Shown here in pieces: positions 1-12,476 of a DNA stretch of 64,000 bases. Below the pieces are notes generated by a model. That model was given only the letters and a program-made list of their open reading frames with translations. It was not told the DNA's origin and made no database searches. The stretch is from assembly GCF_000143415.4 (NCBI RefSeq), contig NW_003314261.1, positions 1,812,117 through 1,876,116 on the forward strand. The letters are read 5' to 3'. The stretch's first letter is position 1; each line of letters starts with the position of its first letter. The stretch is from Selaginella moellendorffii (Eukaryota; Plantae; Lycopodiophyta). Both the position numbers and the translations under genes were made by a program.

Positions 1-1525
1 AGTATACTAATACTCAAACCCTTCTCAGAAAATCAAGATCAATCTATGGTACACCCACATTTGATATAACATTACTTATTGTTAATTTTTATATGTTTTA
101 ATGATATTTAGATAAGCCATATGTACAGAATACTATTTTCTTATTATATTTGTAAATACTGTTAAAATTAAATATAAAAGTTAATTTTGACCTAAACTAT
201 TCAAATATTATAATACTTTATAAAACAGAATAAGTTTAGATAAAGGTGATTATTTTATTCATTAAGAAATAAAAATAATAATGTATATTTACTCAGCAAC
301 CTGTTAAACAGAATTTACATATTTGCCAGTTTTAAATTTTGATTTAGTGATGCCACCAAAGACATACATAATCTATCAGCTCGGGTTTTGGGATTGTAGA
401 TCACTTCGTTCCATTCACTGGCGAGCAAAGCACAAAAGACTAAATTGCAGACATTCACAAAGCCAACTAGCAAAGCAGCAGTACCACTCTTCGTTGAAAT
501 TATGTTGCCACTTTCCACTGCAATTGTAGCTCTTACTTTCGAATGCATCAAAAAGGCCACACATTTAGAAATTGTTAAAAGGCTGGCCATGGCGGGGAAT
601 TCTTGCACAAGGCTCCATAACAAAGTTGCTTCCAGATTCTTGCAGAGCCTTTGAGCATCAAGGAAAATCATGTGGTGGCCCTCATGAGAAAGGTATCTCA
701 CAATGGCATGGCAGACTTTTTAGTGTTGGCTGGTCCGATTGTATACCAAAATCCATACATATGGGTTGCCTCACCTCTCATTGCGACTCAGAAATTACAC
801 CCTCTTCCCACAGTACTTCTAGGCATCCGCGGATGAAATCAATCAGCCTTCCTCACCCATATGATGGCAAGGGATCAAGCATGGGCGAATCTTAAGGATC
901 CTAGCGAAGAAATCCAGAAAAAAATCACTTTTTATCTTCCGTGCTAAAACTCTTCTCTTACCTTGGAGGCAAGGATTGTGGCGTCCTGTTCCAAGAAGAG
1001 AGTCATGTGGCTCGTGAGATTGATTTGGTGAGCTGATCATCATGCCTCCCAGCTTGCCAAAGCTGCCAATGTGATCAATTGCCTTCAATTGCCTTTTAGA
1101 ACGCCTTGGTGTTAAGCATGATCCCGTTGCTCACTCCCCCAAAATCGGCAATGGAGAAAATGCGCGGCCACGCCATCAGTAGCCCTGGGACCAGCCTGCT
1201 CTCCACGCTGTTGCATCCCTGGATAGCTAGCAAGCAATCACCCAGCAGGAACAGTGATGGTGATGCATTCTTCACAATGCTTTCTTCACTCAACAGTTAA
1301 CACTTTGCATGTGACACGTGTCATAGTGCCTTCCTCTCCCACCGAGAGCAAACTTCAGTTAAAACATGTGGTTAAAGAAGTAACCTTTTTACAGTTACCC
1401 TTGTGATTGGCTTAATCCAGCAACCCAAAAATTTTGGCAACTCCTTATTGTAATAAATTTCAGCAAAACGTGGTTAAAGAAATACCCCCATTGGACAGCT
1501 GCCATTGGCTGGATCCAGCAGCCTA
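1..1525. repeat. Duplicated block, copy 1 (copy 2 at ~4959-6910); patchwork of AT-rich DNA, gene fragments and ~90-bp subrepeats
   Basis: 1-50 matches 4959-5010; 55-380 matches 5455-5962; 550-1525 matches 5968-6910. Copy 2 lacks ~383-545 and carries extra inserts. The left end runs off the window. Confidence 0.9.
847..1293 (-). pseudogene. GH28 polygalacturonase 5' fragment (exon 1, intron, start of exon 2), copy 1
   Basis: Translates to FSIADFGGVSNGIMLNTKAF, INLTSHMTL..EQDATILASK | DP*DSPMLDPLPSYG*GR, the typical plant GH28 N-terminal motifs. Contains stops and frameshifts and is truncated after the DPLPSYGRGR motif. Confidence 0.8.
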
Positions 1526-1628
1526 GAAGGTTCAGCTATTATTATAGATAAATATAAATTGAACTTTGGCCATACCACGTGGAATGCATTTCAAACAAAG
1601 CTCAACCATACTATTATTATGTTCTCCT

Positions 1629-1720
1629 TTGGCGCCCATAGGATTTGAACCCAGGAGCTCAAGGAGAAGAACCTTGTCAAAGCTACACTCAAAGCTTTAA
1701 CCGTTGTTTGTTATATCCAC
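1629..1720 (-). other. tRNA-derived/SINE-like relic
   Basis: Minus strand has a D-loop-like CGGTTAAAGC, a T-loop/B-box GGGTTCAAATCC and ends GGCGCCA; no clean cloverleaf. Confidence 0.3.
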
Positions 1721-1859
1721 ATTATCACTTTCATGATACCTCTGTTCTAGCTATTTGAACAGTCGAAACGTGGAAATTTGGAATCTCTCCGGCCGGGGGA
1801 GTCATTTAAAAGGTTTACTGTTTGAGACTTGGCCGCGCCCAGCTCTCGCAAAGGTAAGT

Positions 1860-3044
1860 ATGTGCTCACTGCTTCCTCTCTGCTGCTCTAGAACAGAGCC
1901 CCCGGAGGCCGCCAGCAAACACGATGGTCACAACGAAGCTCTCATTGTTGGAGTGACCGGCATAGTTGGCAATAGCCTGGTCGAAGCTTTGCAGCGTCCC
2001 GACGCACCCGGAGCCCCGTGGAGAATCCGCGGCATCGCTCGCCGGCCCAGGCCCCGCTGGTTCGAGCACCCGGACGTCGACTATATCCAGTGTAACCTGC
2101 TGAATCTGTCCGAAGTCACACCCAAGCTCTCCAGCCTCGACGGAGTGACTCATGTATTCTGGGTTGCCTGGGAAAAGAAGAGCACCGAGGAGGAGAACTG
2201 CGAAGCCAATGGTTTCATGCTGCGATCTGTCCTCCAAACGCTGCTACCAGTTGCCAAGAAACTCAAGCACGTCTGCCTCCAAACCGGTGTCAAGCACTAC
2301 CTGGGACCGTATTTTCACTTCGGCACCATCAAGCACTATCGGCCTCCATTCCGCGAGGACCTGCCCCAAGTCCCCGGCCTTCCAAACTTCTACTACACTC
2401 TGGAGGATATCTTGTTCGAGGCATGCTCGCCGTCGTCGGGCATAACGTGGTCCGTCCACCGGCCTAACATAATCTTCGGCTTTGCTCCTCGGAACCACGC
2501 CAACGTTCTTGGCAGCTTGGCCATATATGCTGCTATTTGCAAACACCAGAAGCTCAGCTTTAATTTTCCAGGAAACCGGCAGTCGTGGGAGACGCTTACG
2601 AACGTTTCGGATGCCGACCTTGTTGCGGAGCAGGAGCTGTGGGCTGCGACGAATCCAAGAGCCAAGAATGAGGCGTTTAACGTTGCCGACGGAGACTGCA
2701 CGAGCTGGGAGAGGCTCTGGGCTGTCATGGCTCGGGAGTTCAAGCTTGAGTGTCCGGTGTACGATGGAAAGCCAGTCAGTCTCGATCAGCTTCTGAAGAA
2801 TAAGAAAAACGTGTGGGAGCAGATCGTTGTCGAGAACGGCCTTCTCGAGACGGCAGTACAGGACGAGACGTGGTGGGCTGTCGATTTGTGCCTCAACTTC
2901 CCGTTCCAGGTAGTCAGCTGCATGAACAAGAGCAAAGAACACGGCTTCCTCAGTTACAGGAACAGTGAAAAGTCCGTAATCTACTGGATACGAAAGATGA
3001 AAGAGAAGAATATCTTACCAGACGACAAATTTTGGACCAGCTGA
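1860..3044 (+). CDS. VEP1: Progesterone 5-beta-reductase/iridoid synthase-like (PRISE, VEP1-like) short-chain dehydrogenase
   Basis: GVTGIVG Rossmann motif, ARR, VTHVFW, QTGVKHY, NFYYTLED, WSVHRP, MNKSKEHGF. Uninterrupted ORF; the first ATG is at 1860 and the exact start is uncertain. Confidence 0.93.
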   Translation: MCSLLPLCCSRTEPPEAASKHDGHNEALIVGVTGIVGNSLVEALQRPDAPGAPWRIRGIARRPRPRWFEHPDVDYIQCNLLNLSEVTPKLSSLDGVTHVFWVAWEKKSTEEENCEANGFMLRSVLQTLLPVAKKLKHVCLQTGVKHYLGPYFHFGTIKHYRPPFREDLPQVPGLPNFYYTLEDILFEACSPSSGITWSVHRPNIIFGFAPRNHANVLGSLAIYAAICKHQKLSFNFPGNRQSWETLTNVSDADLVAEQELWAATNPRAKNEAFNVADGDCTSWERLWAVMAREFKLECPVYDGKPVSLDQLLKNKKNVWEQIVVENGLLETAVQDETWWAVDLCLNFPFQVVSCMNKSKEHGFLSYRNSEKSVIYWIRKMKEKNILPDDKFWTS

Positions 3045-3496
3045 GTCGTTGCTCGTGCGGTTCGAATGCTCTGGCCCATCTAATAGCAATTACGTGCTTC
3101 CCTTCTCCACCCTTCCAAACTTTAAGAGAACAAAAAATCCGAAGAATCCAGCTGTCCTTCGCTATCTAACTTTCCAAATCCTGCTTATCTTACACCTGTA
3201 AGTGACGGATCAGGACGGTCTGTCTAGAAAGACCGACTCCACCGATCGAAGCCCCTGATAACTGGCGTCAAACACGAGCTCCTCAGTTCCCACAGGCTTG
3301 GTCTGCTTCTTGAACTTGAGAAAAGCCAACGTGCTCGGATCGGTATCGATGGACTCCTCCACCCGCTTCTTATCCTTGAAATCGTCGTGCTTGTCCAGGT
3401 ACCCACGCTGCATTTGCTTCCGGATAACAGCAGACTTCCCAATTTCTAATATGAATAGATATTAGCATAGGGTGGAGAAATTTGGACACAACAAAC

Positions 3497-4560
3497 CTCC
3501 ATATAGAGCTTGCGACTTTGAGTACCTCTATTTTCATCAGTTCCCTACAGAAGAATAACACTTAACACTTCAAACGTTGCAATAGCAAGTAAACCTCAAG
3601 GTACTGATCATAGAGTTTGCAGATCCAGTCTTCTGTAGCTTGGTCCCCTTTGTAGTTCTTTTCACCAACTCCTTGAACGTCGTTGGAGAATCCTTCTTCA
3701 GCCTGACAGTTTTCCAACAATTAATGAACCCATTTAACATTATTGTACCTTTGCCTGTATCGATTGTACCCTTGAGCGAACAATTTCTGTCAAGCACGCT
3801 TCATATGCGACAAACGATGTTCCTTTTCGTGCTTAGCGACTAAAGCCCATTTCGACCATCTCCTTCAAATTTCTCTACAGATGTAAAGAAATAAAACATC
3901 ATTCTAGTAAACAACAGGGTGGAGAAAAGTACCTTAAGTGTCTTCAAGTGCATCAGATGACCAAGTATGCTCATCAAACAATCGATAAGCTCGTCAGGAA
4001 CTTTTTCTTGCCTCGCCTACAAAAGCACAACGGACTCAGAATCGGTTCGTAAATATCTTTACTGCATACCGCAAGTCTAGCAACTTTCGCTATTTTGGCC
4101 TTTATTTCCCTTGGCAAACGCCTTACTTTTCCGGTGGCATTTGGCTCTAGAACATCTGGAATCCGACGCACTAGTACAAAGAGCCACGTTAGAAATCACC
4201 ACAAAATATATAACTTTCTTATGCTCCAGGTTTTAGATCTTGAATGGCCCTTTCCAACAGTGACACTTTCGCTGTCGAGCGTTTTTGGGGATGAACGCTC
4301 GAGTTTCCTAACGTTGAATTCTGCTAAACAAAAGTTAGAACACCAACTTAAATCTTTCAGACTTACTGCTGACGAAGAAACTTTGCAGGCATCTGCACCC
4401 GAATATGGCTTCACAAACTTTGGCCGGCTTGGACTTCCAACAGTGCTCTTCTTTAGAGCTACCTCATTTCTCTCGCTTTCCTTGGTGTGGGAGCTGTTCT
4501 TCATCAACCCTTTCAACGACACATTTCTTGATATGTAATTGGCTTCCCTGCAACTACTCC
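3497..4560 (-). pseudogene. Ubinuclein (UBN)-like gene fragment, frameshifted and 5'-truncated
   Basis: Spliced pieces read RRLPREIKAKIAKVARLA / QEKVPDELIDRLMSILGHLMHLKTLK / RNLKEMVEMG..HEKEHRLSHMKR..TEIVRSRV / EDWICKLYDQYLE / RKLYME, matching the plant UBN middle domain. Two frameshifts lie in the ~3750-3875 exon. Confidence 0.7.
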
Positions 4561-5652
4561 TATCCCTTGAGAAAAACTAGTATTTGCCCATCATATGCTA
4601 TGTAATTAGTAAAATATTGTTTTGATTTTTTAATATATTAAAAACTAAATTGCAATAGTATCAAAATAAAAAATATTATATTCCACTTTGATTAAGGGAA
4701 TTATGCCTAGAAAGTGCTAAATGAATACAAAAATCAATTCTTGTAAACTTGATAATATAAATATTTAGAACAAAATATATTTCTAGGCATAAGTAAGAAT
4801 AAATATTCATTAACAAAAATATAATACACAGATTATTCTTTGAAAATATGAATATATTTAGAGAAATACCTGACAAAGAGAAAAGTAAAAATGATTTTTC
4901 TATTATTAAAAATATATTATATATAAATTTTGTTTTTTTCATTTTTTGGGTCCTAGCAAGTATGCTAACACTCAAACCTTTCGTAAAAAATCAAAGTCAG
5001 TCGATGGTACATTTCAGAAGGGGATCTCATGAATTAATTTCCTTTCGCTTATATGGGTTTAACACCCACTGCAAGACATTAATTAATTATATATTTTATT
5101 TAGAATATAAAATAATAAGTTTTTAGAAACATTAATATATTACTACCCAAATCCAATCAAAAAATAATTATTTGTAAATATATATGTTATAGAAACTATA
5201 AATTCAAATCTTATATTCCATAGTATTATGTACTAATAAACTATATTTGCAGTTAGTAAAAATATTTTAAAATATTACTATATAATCAAATATTGCATAC
5301 ATTATCGTAGTTTTGTTGATAATGAGTTAGATTGTAAATAGCTAAGGCTATATATAAAAAATATAATATATACTTTTATTTTTAAAGTTGTTTAATGTTT
5401 TTGTATTAACACTTAAAACTTTCATGGTTTTACACATTCATAAAACTAAGTCAACCCATATTTGATATACCATTACCTGTTGTTGAGTTTTATATGTTTT
5501 AATGATATTTAGACAGGCCATCTGTACAGAATATAATTTTCTTATTATATTTGTAAATACTGTTAAATTACATTATTAAAGTTAATTTTGACATAAACTA
5601 TTCAAATATTATAATACTTTATAAAACATAATAACTTTAGATAAAGTTGATT

Positions 5653-5818
5653 TGTGAGTGCTTGGAATATAAAAAGGGAATACAGAAAATGTGCATATCA
5701 ATTAGCCTAAAAACCCTAGCTTATATACAAGAGCGAGTGGTTCAAATTGAAACCAATCCGACGGTTACTAAAATCCTATTATACATATAGCATCGTAGTT
5801 GTACACTTGGCCCTCATA
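5653..5818 (-). mobile_element. Solo LTR (166 bp) of the short-LTR gypsy family at 15219-23790
   Basis: TGTGAG...CTCATA termini flanked by a GATT duplication (5649-5652 / 5819-5822). Copy 1 shows the empty site (ggtGATTatttt at ~248). The reverse complement aligns with 15219-15375 and 23674-23786. Confidence 0.8.
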
Positions 5819-6263
5819 GATTATTTTATTCATTAAGCATTAAAAATAAAGTTATTCACATAAAGTATATTTACTCTGCAACCTGTTAAAAAGAATTTAA
5901 ATTTTTGCCAGTTTTGGATTTTGATCTAGTGATGCCACCAAAGACATATATAATCTATCAACTCAACGAAAAGCCACACATTCAAAAATCGTTGAAAGGC
6001 TAGCCATGGCAGGGAATTCTTGCGCAAGGCTCCATAATAGAGTTGCTTCTGGATTTTCACAGAGCCTTTGAGCATCAAGGAAAATTATGTGGCAGCCTTC
6101 CTAAGAAAGGTATCTCACAACGGCATGGTGGACTTTCTAGTGCCGGCTGGTCCGATTGTATACCGAAATCCATACATATGGGTTGCCTCGCCTCTCATCG
6201 CGACTCAGAAATTACACCCTCTTCCCATGATACTTCTAGGCATCTGCGGATGAAATAGATCAG

Positions 6264-6635
6264 CCTTCCTCGCCCATACGATGGCAAGGGATCGAGCATG
6301 GGCCAATCTTAAGGATCCTAGCAAAGAAATCCAGAAAAAAATCACTTTTTATCTTCTGTGCTAGAACTCTTCTCTTACCTTGGAGGCAAGGATTGTGGCG
6401 AGTCATGTGGCTCGTGAGATTGATCCGGTCAGCCGATAGTTGCACCTCCCAGCTTGCCTCGCCTTCTGGAATGCCTTGGTGTTAAGCATGATCTTGTCAC
6501 TCACTCCCCCAAAATCGGCAATGGAGAAAACACACGGCCGCACCATTGGTAGCCCTGCTTTCCACGCTGTTGCATCCCTGGATAGCCGGCAAGCAATCAC
6601 CCAGCAGGAACAACAATGGTGATGCATTCTTCATG
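6264..6635 (-). pseudogene. GH28 polygalacturonase 5' fragment, copy 2
   Basis: FSIADFGGVSDKIMLNTKAFQKA, INLTSHMT, ATILASK | DP*DWPMLDPLPSYGRGR. Confidence 0.8.
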
Positions 6636-7079
6636 GTGCTTTCTTCGCTTGATGGTCAACACTTTGCATGTGACATGTGTTGCAGTGCCTTCCTCTCCCG
6701 CCCCACGAGGTTTGGTTGCCTTCTATTGGCCAGGAGCAAACATCAGCACGATTATTCGCAAACACATGGTTAAAGAAATAACCCCCCCATTAGACGTTTG
6801 CAATTAGCTGAATGCCACAGCCCAGAAAATTCAGCAACTCCTCCTTATTGTGATAAATTTCAGCAAGACATGGTTCCCATCAGACAGCTGCCATTGGCTG
6901 GATCCAGCAAACCAAAAACTTTCTAATTGTACCAACCACTTACAAAAGCACCCAAAACTTTATAGTGGGTGACAAACCAGCTATATTTAAAATCTACTTC
7001 CCTGTTGAAGCTCAACTGGAAAATTTAATTTGCGAGAAAGGACAAACCAAAACTCTTAGTTAAAAGAAGATTCACATTG

Positions 7080-7934
<855 letters not shown>

Positions 7935-8323
7935 TGCTGATCGATCCTCCTCCTCGCCCCCTCCGCCGCGCGCAAGAACCCTAAAGCCTGCTCAAAACCC
8001 TAGAAGGGATCTAGGGCTTTGACGTGGCATTTCCCCAGGTGGCTTGGCGCCTCCTCAAAGCACGAAGACCGGGCGGCGAGCAATCGATCGCGATCGAGCG
8101 GGGAGAGCTAGGGCGGGGATCGTCCCGGTGGGTTGGAGCTTGCGGCGTCGCAAATCCCTGCTCTCCGAGTGAGCCGTTCTTGGCCTTGGCGATCCGGTAA
8201 ATATTTTGTGATCTTCCACGCTGGGCGCTGCTGGTGTCATTGCGCGATCGATCGCTCGAGCTCCCTCCAATATCCATCGATCGCAGAGAGAGGGAGCAGC
8301 AAGAGAAAGAAGTAGTGTCTACG
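7935..8323. promoter_or_regulatory. Bidirectional promoter between RPS9 and the SHIPPO-repeat gene, with telo-boxes
   Basis: Divergent ATGs 390 bp apart. AACCCTAA at ~7977 and AAACCCTAG at ~7995 are telo-box motifs typical of plant ribosomal protein promoters. Confidence 0.55.
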
Positions 8324-9904
8324 ATGATGGGGCACTCCAACGATCCTCGCGATTCACCAATGCCCGACATAGACATGATCGTTCCCTCGTCTCCAACGCA
8401 CAGCCAGAAATCCACGTTTGGTCCACAAGTGAGAATATCTTTCTAGTTCTTGTGGCTTCTAGAGATTTTTACTTTGGATTTTCTACCAGGTTCTTTCGCA
8501 CAGGCTCACTGGACCATTCACTCTCTTTGGAACTTCCGATCGCGTGAACATGGAGAAGGTTTCCTCCTTACTTGGTGTGACTATCTTTTCTTTCTAACTT
8601 TCGGCGTTTCGACAGATATACATTGACAAGGAACTCAATAAGTTGATTCCGGGGAACAACAGTCCAGGTAGAGCTTCTAGTTTTTCCTAGCTCGGTCTTT
8701 CTTTTCTTATGAAAACTCAAGCTTCTAAACAGGACCAATCTACAATTCTCTCTCGTCTATCGGCAAGCAAGTCGAATCTATCAATGGCAATGCACCGTGC
8801 TTGACTTTTGGACGGGATAAGCGGTGGAAGGTATTACGAATCAAGTTCTTTCCTGTGAAGGCTCCGCTACAAACTAACACGCAGGTTCCTACAGGGAAGG
8901 CGCTCTACAGGCGTTCCTGGTCCTGGAGCCTATGAGGACAAAGTCACGGCATTTGGAAATCAGGTGTGTTTGCAAGTGTGGAGTTCACCATTGAAACTGT
9001 CGAGTCTTTTTTGTTTTCATTTGCAGTGTGTATCGTCCAAGCAGTCACCAGAGAAGACTGACTTTGGAAAGGCTACGAGGGAGCAGACGTATAAGATTGA
9101 AGAGAAGGTATACCGAGATGTTTCTTCTAAGCGGCTGTTCTGAGGCTGGTTGTGCATGCACAGGCGAGATTTATCTCTCCAGGTCCAGTGAGATGTGACG
9201 AAAGATCCTCCATTGGCAGCCAGATCCATTCTGCAAACTCCACAGCCCCAAAGTTTCGATTTGGCCATGAGAGACGCTTTAGAGTACGTCTCCTCGGAAG
9301 TAAAAACAAAGAAAGAAGATGGGAATGGGGGAGAATGCAGACTCAGGTGATCAACAAGTTATCGTTGTGTGTGTTCTTCTTCAGGAGGGGCCTATTTCAG
9401 AAGGTTCGACTCCTGGAGCTGGACGCTATGATTGCCTCAGTTCGGTAGGCAAGCAGCACGAGTCCAAGAAGGGGAACTCGCCGTCCTACTCGATTGGAAT
9501 TGCAACCAGGCAGAACCGAGAGAAGGTTCGCAAAGCTTCCTCTCTTTTGTATCTTTCTTTCTTTGTCTTATATTCCTGCATCCTGCATTGTCATGTGGAC
9601 TAGCCACTCTGATTAGGATGGAGCTCATCTTCACTCGTGCTTGTGCGCAGGTTTTCCTGTCCAAAGAACACGATAAGTCACATTTTGGCGAGAATTCTCC
9701 TGGGCCAGCTGGGAACTACAGAGTACGATCGTCACTGGTACGTAGTGCTGGGTGTTCCTTTCTTGTTTTATATCTATCTTCTTTTCGCAGGGTCACCAGC
9801 CAAACTCAAGAAACTCATCCGCCTCGGCATTTAAGTTTGGATCAGAGCAGCGTTTTAAACCATACTCGGACGATCGTCCAGGCCCGGGTGCCTACGACAC
9901 ATGA
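8324..9904 (+). CDS. SHIPPO/PG-rich repeat (ODF3-like) flagellar/axonemal protein, multi-exon
   Basis: Spliced exons give repeats NSPGPIYNSLSSIGKQVES..APCLTFG, VPGPGAYEDKVTAFGNQ..SPEKTDFG, SPGPVRCDERSSIGSQ..APKFRFG, TPGAGRYDCLSSVGKQ..SPSYSIG, SPGPAGNYRVRSSLGHQ..SAFKFG and RPGPGAYDT*. Confidence 0.8.
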
Positions 9905-10276
9905 TTCGCGGCTTAGCTCAGCGGGTGAGAAAAACTTTTGTTTTTGCTTGTTTCGTTCTTGTGGGTGGTGGGAGGGAGCCTATCTGCTGACGAGAGGTAT
10001 CGCAAAATTTATATTTCACTATAAAAAGCTATTTTGTCCATTTGATGGCTTACAAACTTTTCACAGCAAACTCACCCGTGCCCGATCTCGGATGTCCCGA
10101 ACGACTTCTCACCGAAGAAACTTTGGATCTTCACAAGAATACGTTTCCGGCCTTCGTTGGCAAACCGCACCACAAGCTCCAGTGCCGTCATCACTACGTT
10201 CGTTCTCGTGGAGCAGTGATGACCAAAGTAAGCTCAACAGCACTAAGGTAAACTCGTGCTGTTCTACCGAGAGCTT

Positions 10277-11794
10277 TCAGGAGACGGCCACCATGCACGG
10301 GTTCCTGCTGCTCGCTCGCTGTTCGCTCGCCAACGTTGAGAGGCCAGCCTCGATCAACACCGACGCCAGCCCCGCCACTCCAGCTGGCTTGATCTTCCGG
10401 GAGCTGCCGACCGCAGGAGGCTTCCACTCGGTCGCCACTGCCGTGATCTCGTTACCACCTCGGCCTCTTCGAGACGGTAGCAACGATGAACTTCCAGGTT
10501 CCGTGAACTTCTTATTCGATTGTTGGAGCTCACTGACAGTGTTGGCGGTGATGGTGATCGCAGTAGCCGTGGACGTAGAAGTATCGTTTCTTTCCACCAT
10601 TAGGAGCTCCACCTCGTTGGTGAAGCGCGAGTGCCATCTCGAGCCCCGCAACAGTGCCGTGTTGAGGAGCTCTCTCTTCTCATCGCTCGTCTCGTGGCGA
10701 GGCGGGGACTCGTTGGTGGTTCTCTTGTAGGCCGAGAGCCACTTCGCTCTCATGTACTCGGGCTTCCTCCACGGCGGCAGCGGCATTCCTCGCTTCTTGA
10801 GCGACTCCTTCACTCCATTGCACATCAAGTTTACGATCTGCTGGAGCCTCTCGGCGCCGCCGACGAAGATCGCTGGCAGCTCGTGGACGATGGCGGTGTA
10901 GCGATCCGTGGGACGGGCGATCTCGAACTGGCCCCGGAAATCTATGTCGACGATCAGTCTCTCGAGTTTTCCATCGCTTCTCTCGATCAAAACATCAATG
11001 TATTCGTAGTCACCTGGGAAACACGAAAACAAAATCGATGAGTTCCTTGACGATCGAGAATGGAAAGTGGTGGAGGGAAACTCACCGCCTGGAAATCCAC
11101 CACCGTGATCCCAGCGAGACTTGCAAATGGCGGCGTTGTGGCCAGCGGATCGCAAGGACCTTAGCGTGGCTCGCTTAGCGCATCCACTGGCGCAATCCAT
11201 TCCCTCGTTGCAAATCTCAATAGCTTTGTTCTTCACAACGGTAACCGCCGCCGTAACGTCTGAAAGGAGAGCCAGCTCTTCTTCGCTGGAGCATGCTGTG
11301 AATCCCTGCAAGGAAGAACAAGCATTACGATCCATCGATCAGCCCGTCCAGAAGGAAAGAAAACTCCGAAAGCGATGACACACCTTGAGGTAATCCAGGA
11401 CCTCTCCGCCGAGATCGCTGCCGCGCTCATCGCCCTTGGAGGAGCACGGATTCTTGCTCCTACATTTGCCGAATGCTGCTTCTTCCATGAATTCGTCCAC
11501 CATCGCTGCCAGGCACACGGAGCTGGGCTCGTGCTCGCTGCCGCTGCTCTGGTAGATCTTGCCATGATCACCGCCGCTGTCGCTCGACGCCACCTCCTTG
11601 GCCCGGACCTCCGCGACCGGATTGTTGGCTCGCGAGACCAGGTGGAAGGCCGAGACTACCGTCGCCGGGTTGATCGCCACGGCCGCCTTCTTTGCTTGAG
11701 ATGTCTGAGCCGACATCGCAAAATCCTCTCTTGGCTGCTCCATCTTGCGCGCCATGCTGGATCCCACATTCTGGTACGCCAGCATCGCAGTCAT
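10277..11794 (-). CDS. DUF506 (PDDEXK-like) family protein; exons 11794-11384, 11305-11086, 11013-10277
   Basis: EHEPSSVCLAAMVDEFMEE, LRSAGHNAAICKSRWD, GDYEYIDV, RLIVDIDFRGQFEIARPT, LPPWRKPEYMRAKWLS, TEWKPPAV. Confidence 0.93.
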
Positions 11795-12137
11795 ATCGAT
11801 CGAACCGAAAATCCCAAAATCAAACTGGGCAAGAAAGGAGAGGAGCGCAAAGGGAAATAAAATAAGCCGCGGTCGATCTGGTCAATACTATGCTCCTAGA
11901 ATGGGGATTGATCGCGCCGGATCCTCATCTCCGCGAGGAATCCGTCCCCCAATGTCACAAACCCTAGCTCTCTATCTCTGTCTATATCTCTCTCTCTTCC
12001 TCGCTCCCGGGCGAAGAACATATAAACGAGGAAGAAAATTTCCTCTCGCCCACTGTCGGATCTTCTTTCTTCACGATGAAGTCATTTCGAAGCGCACACA
12101 CGGGGAGAGAGGAGCGAGAAATTGGCCAGGTACGGAA

Positions 12138-12476
12138 ACACGTCAGCAGATATTCGCATCCATCCGCCACGGATATCCGTGCCACGTCGGGGCCTACCAC
12201 GGCAAATTTTCGTCCACGTCCAATGAACTTAGCCGCCACCTCGGAAAGCTCTGCTGACGGGGATCTATCCGACATGAGCGGGCGGCTTCTTGGCGCCGCG
12301 TCGCCACGTGTCGGAATCTGCCCGGCACCAACCGTCTTATGCCGGTGTGCCCGCTCGAGCCACCGAAACGTGTCCCCTGCTGGCCGCCAGTGAAGCGAGA
12401 TCCGGGCCGTCGATCGCCAGACTCCACGGCCAGTGTCGACATCCTCGACATCTCAAATCTCAATCAGGCCACGTGG
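12138..12476. promoter_or_regulatory. Cluster of ABRE/G-box (ACGT-core) elements plus a P1BS-like site upstream of the DUF506 gene
   Basis: ACACGTC 12138, GCCACGTC 12181, TCCACGTC 12213, GCCACGTGTC 12303, ACGTGTC 12368, GCCACGTGG 12468; GGATATCC (GNATATNC) at 12171. Confidence 0.55.

Larger units (their letters stand above)
4959..6910. repeat. Duplicated block, copy 2
   Basis: Collinear direct match to 1-1525, with an insert at ~5015-5450 and a solo LTR at 5653-5818. Confidence 0.9.

Noticed and set aside
1854-1896. Possible intron (AAG|GTAAGT...CAG) at the PRISE start
   Set aside because: Only 38-43 nt long with no upstream ATG exon found; left unresolved.
9432-10730. 432-aa plus-strand ORF
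   Set aside because: Chance read-through across SHIPPO exons and introns and the antisense of DUF506.
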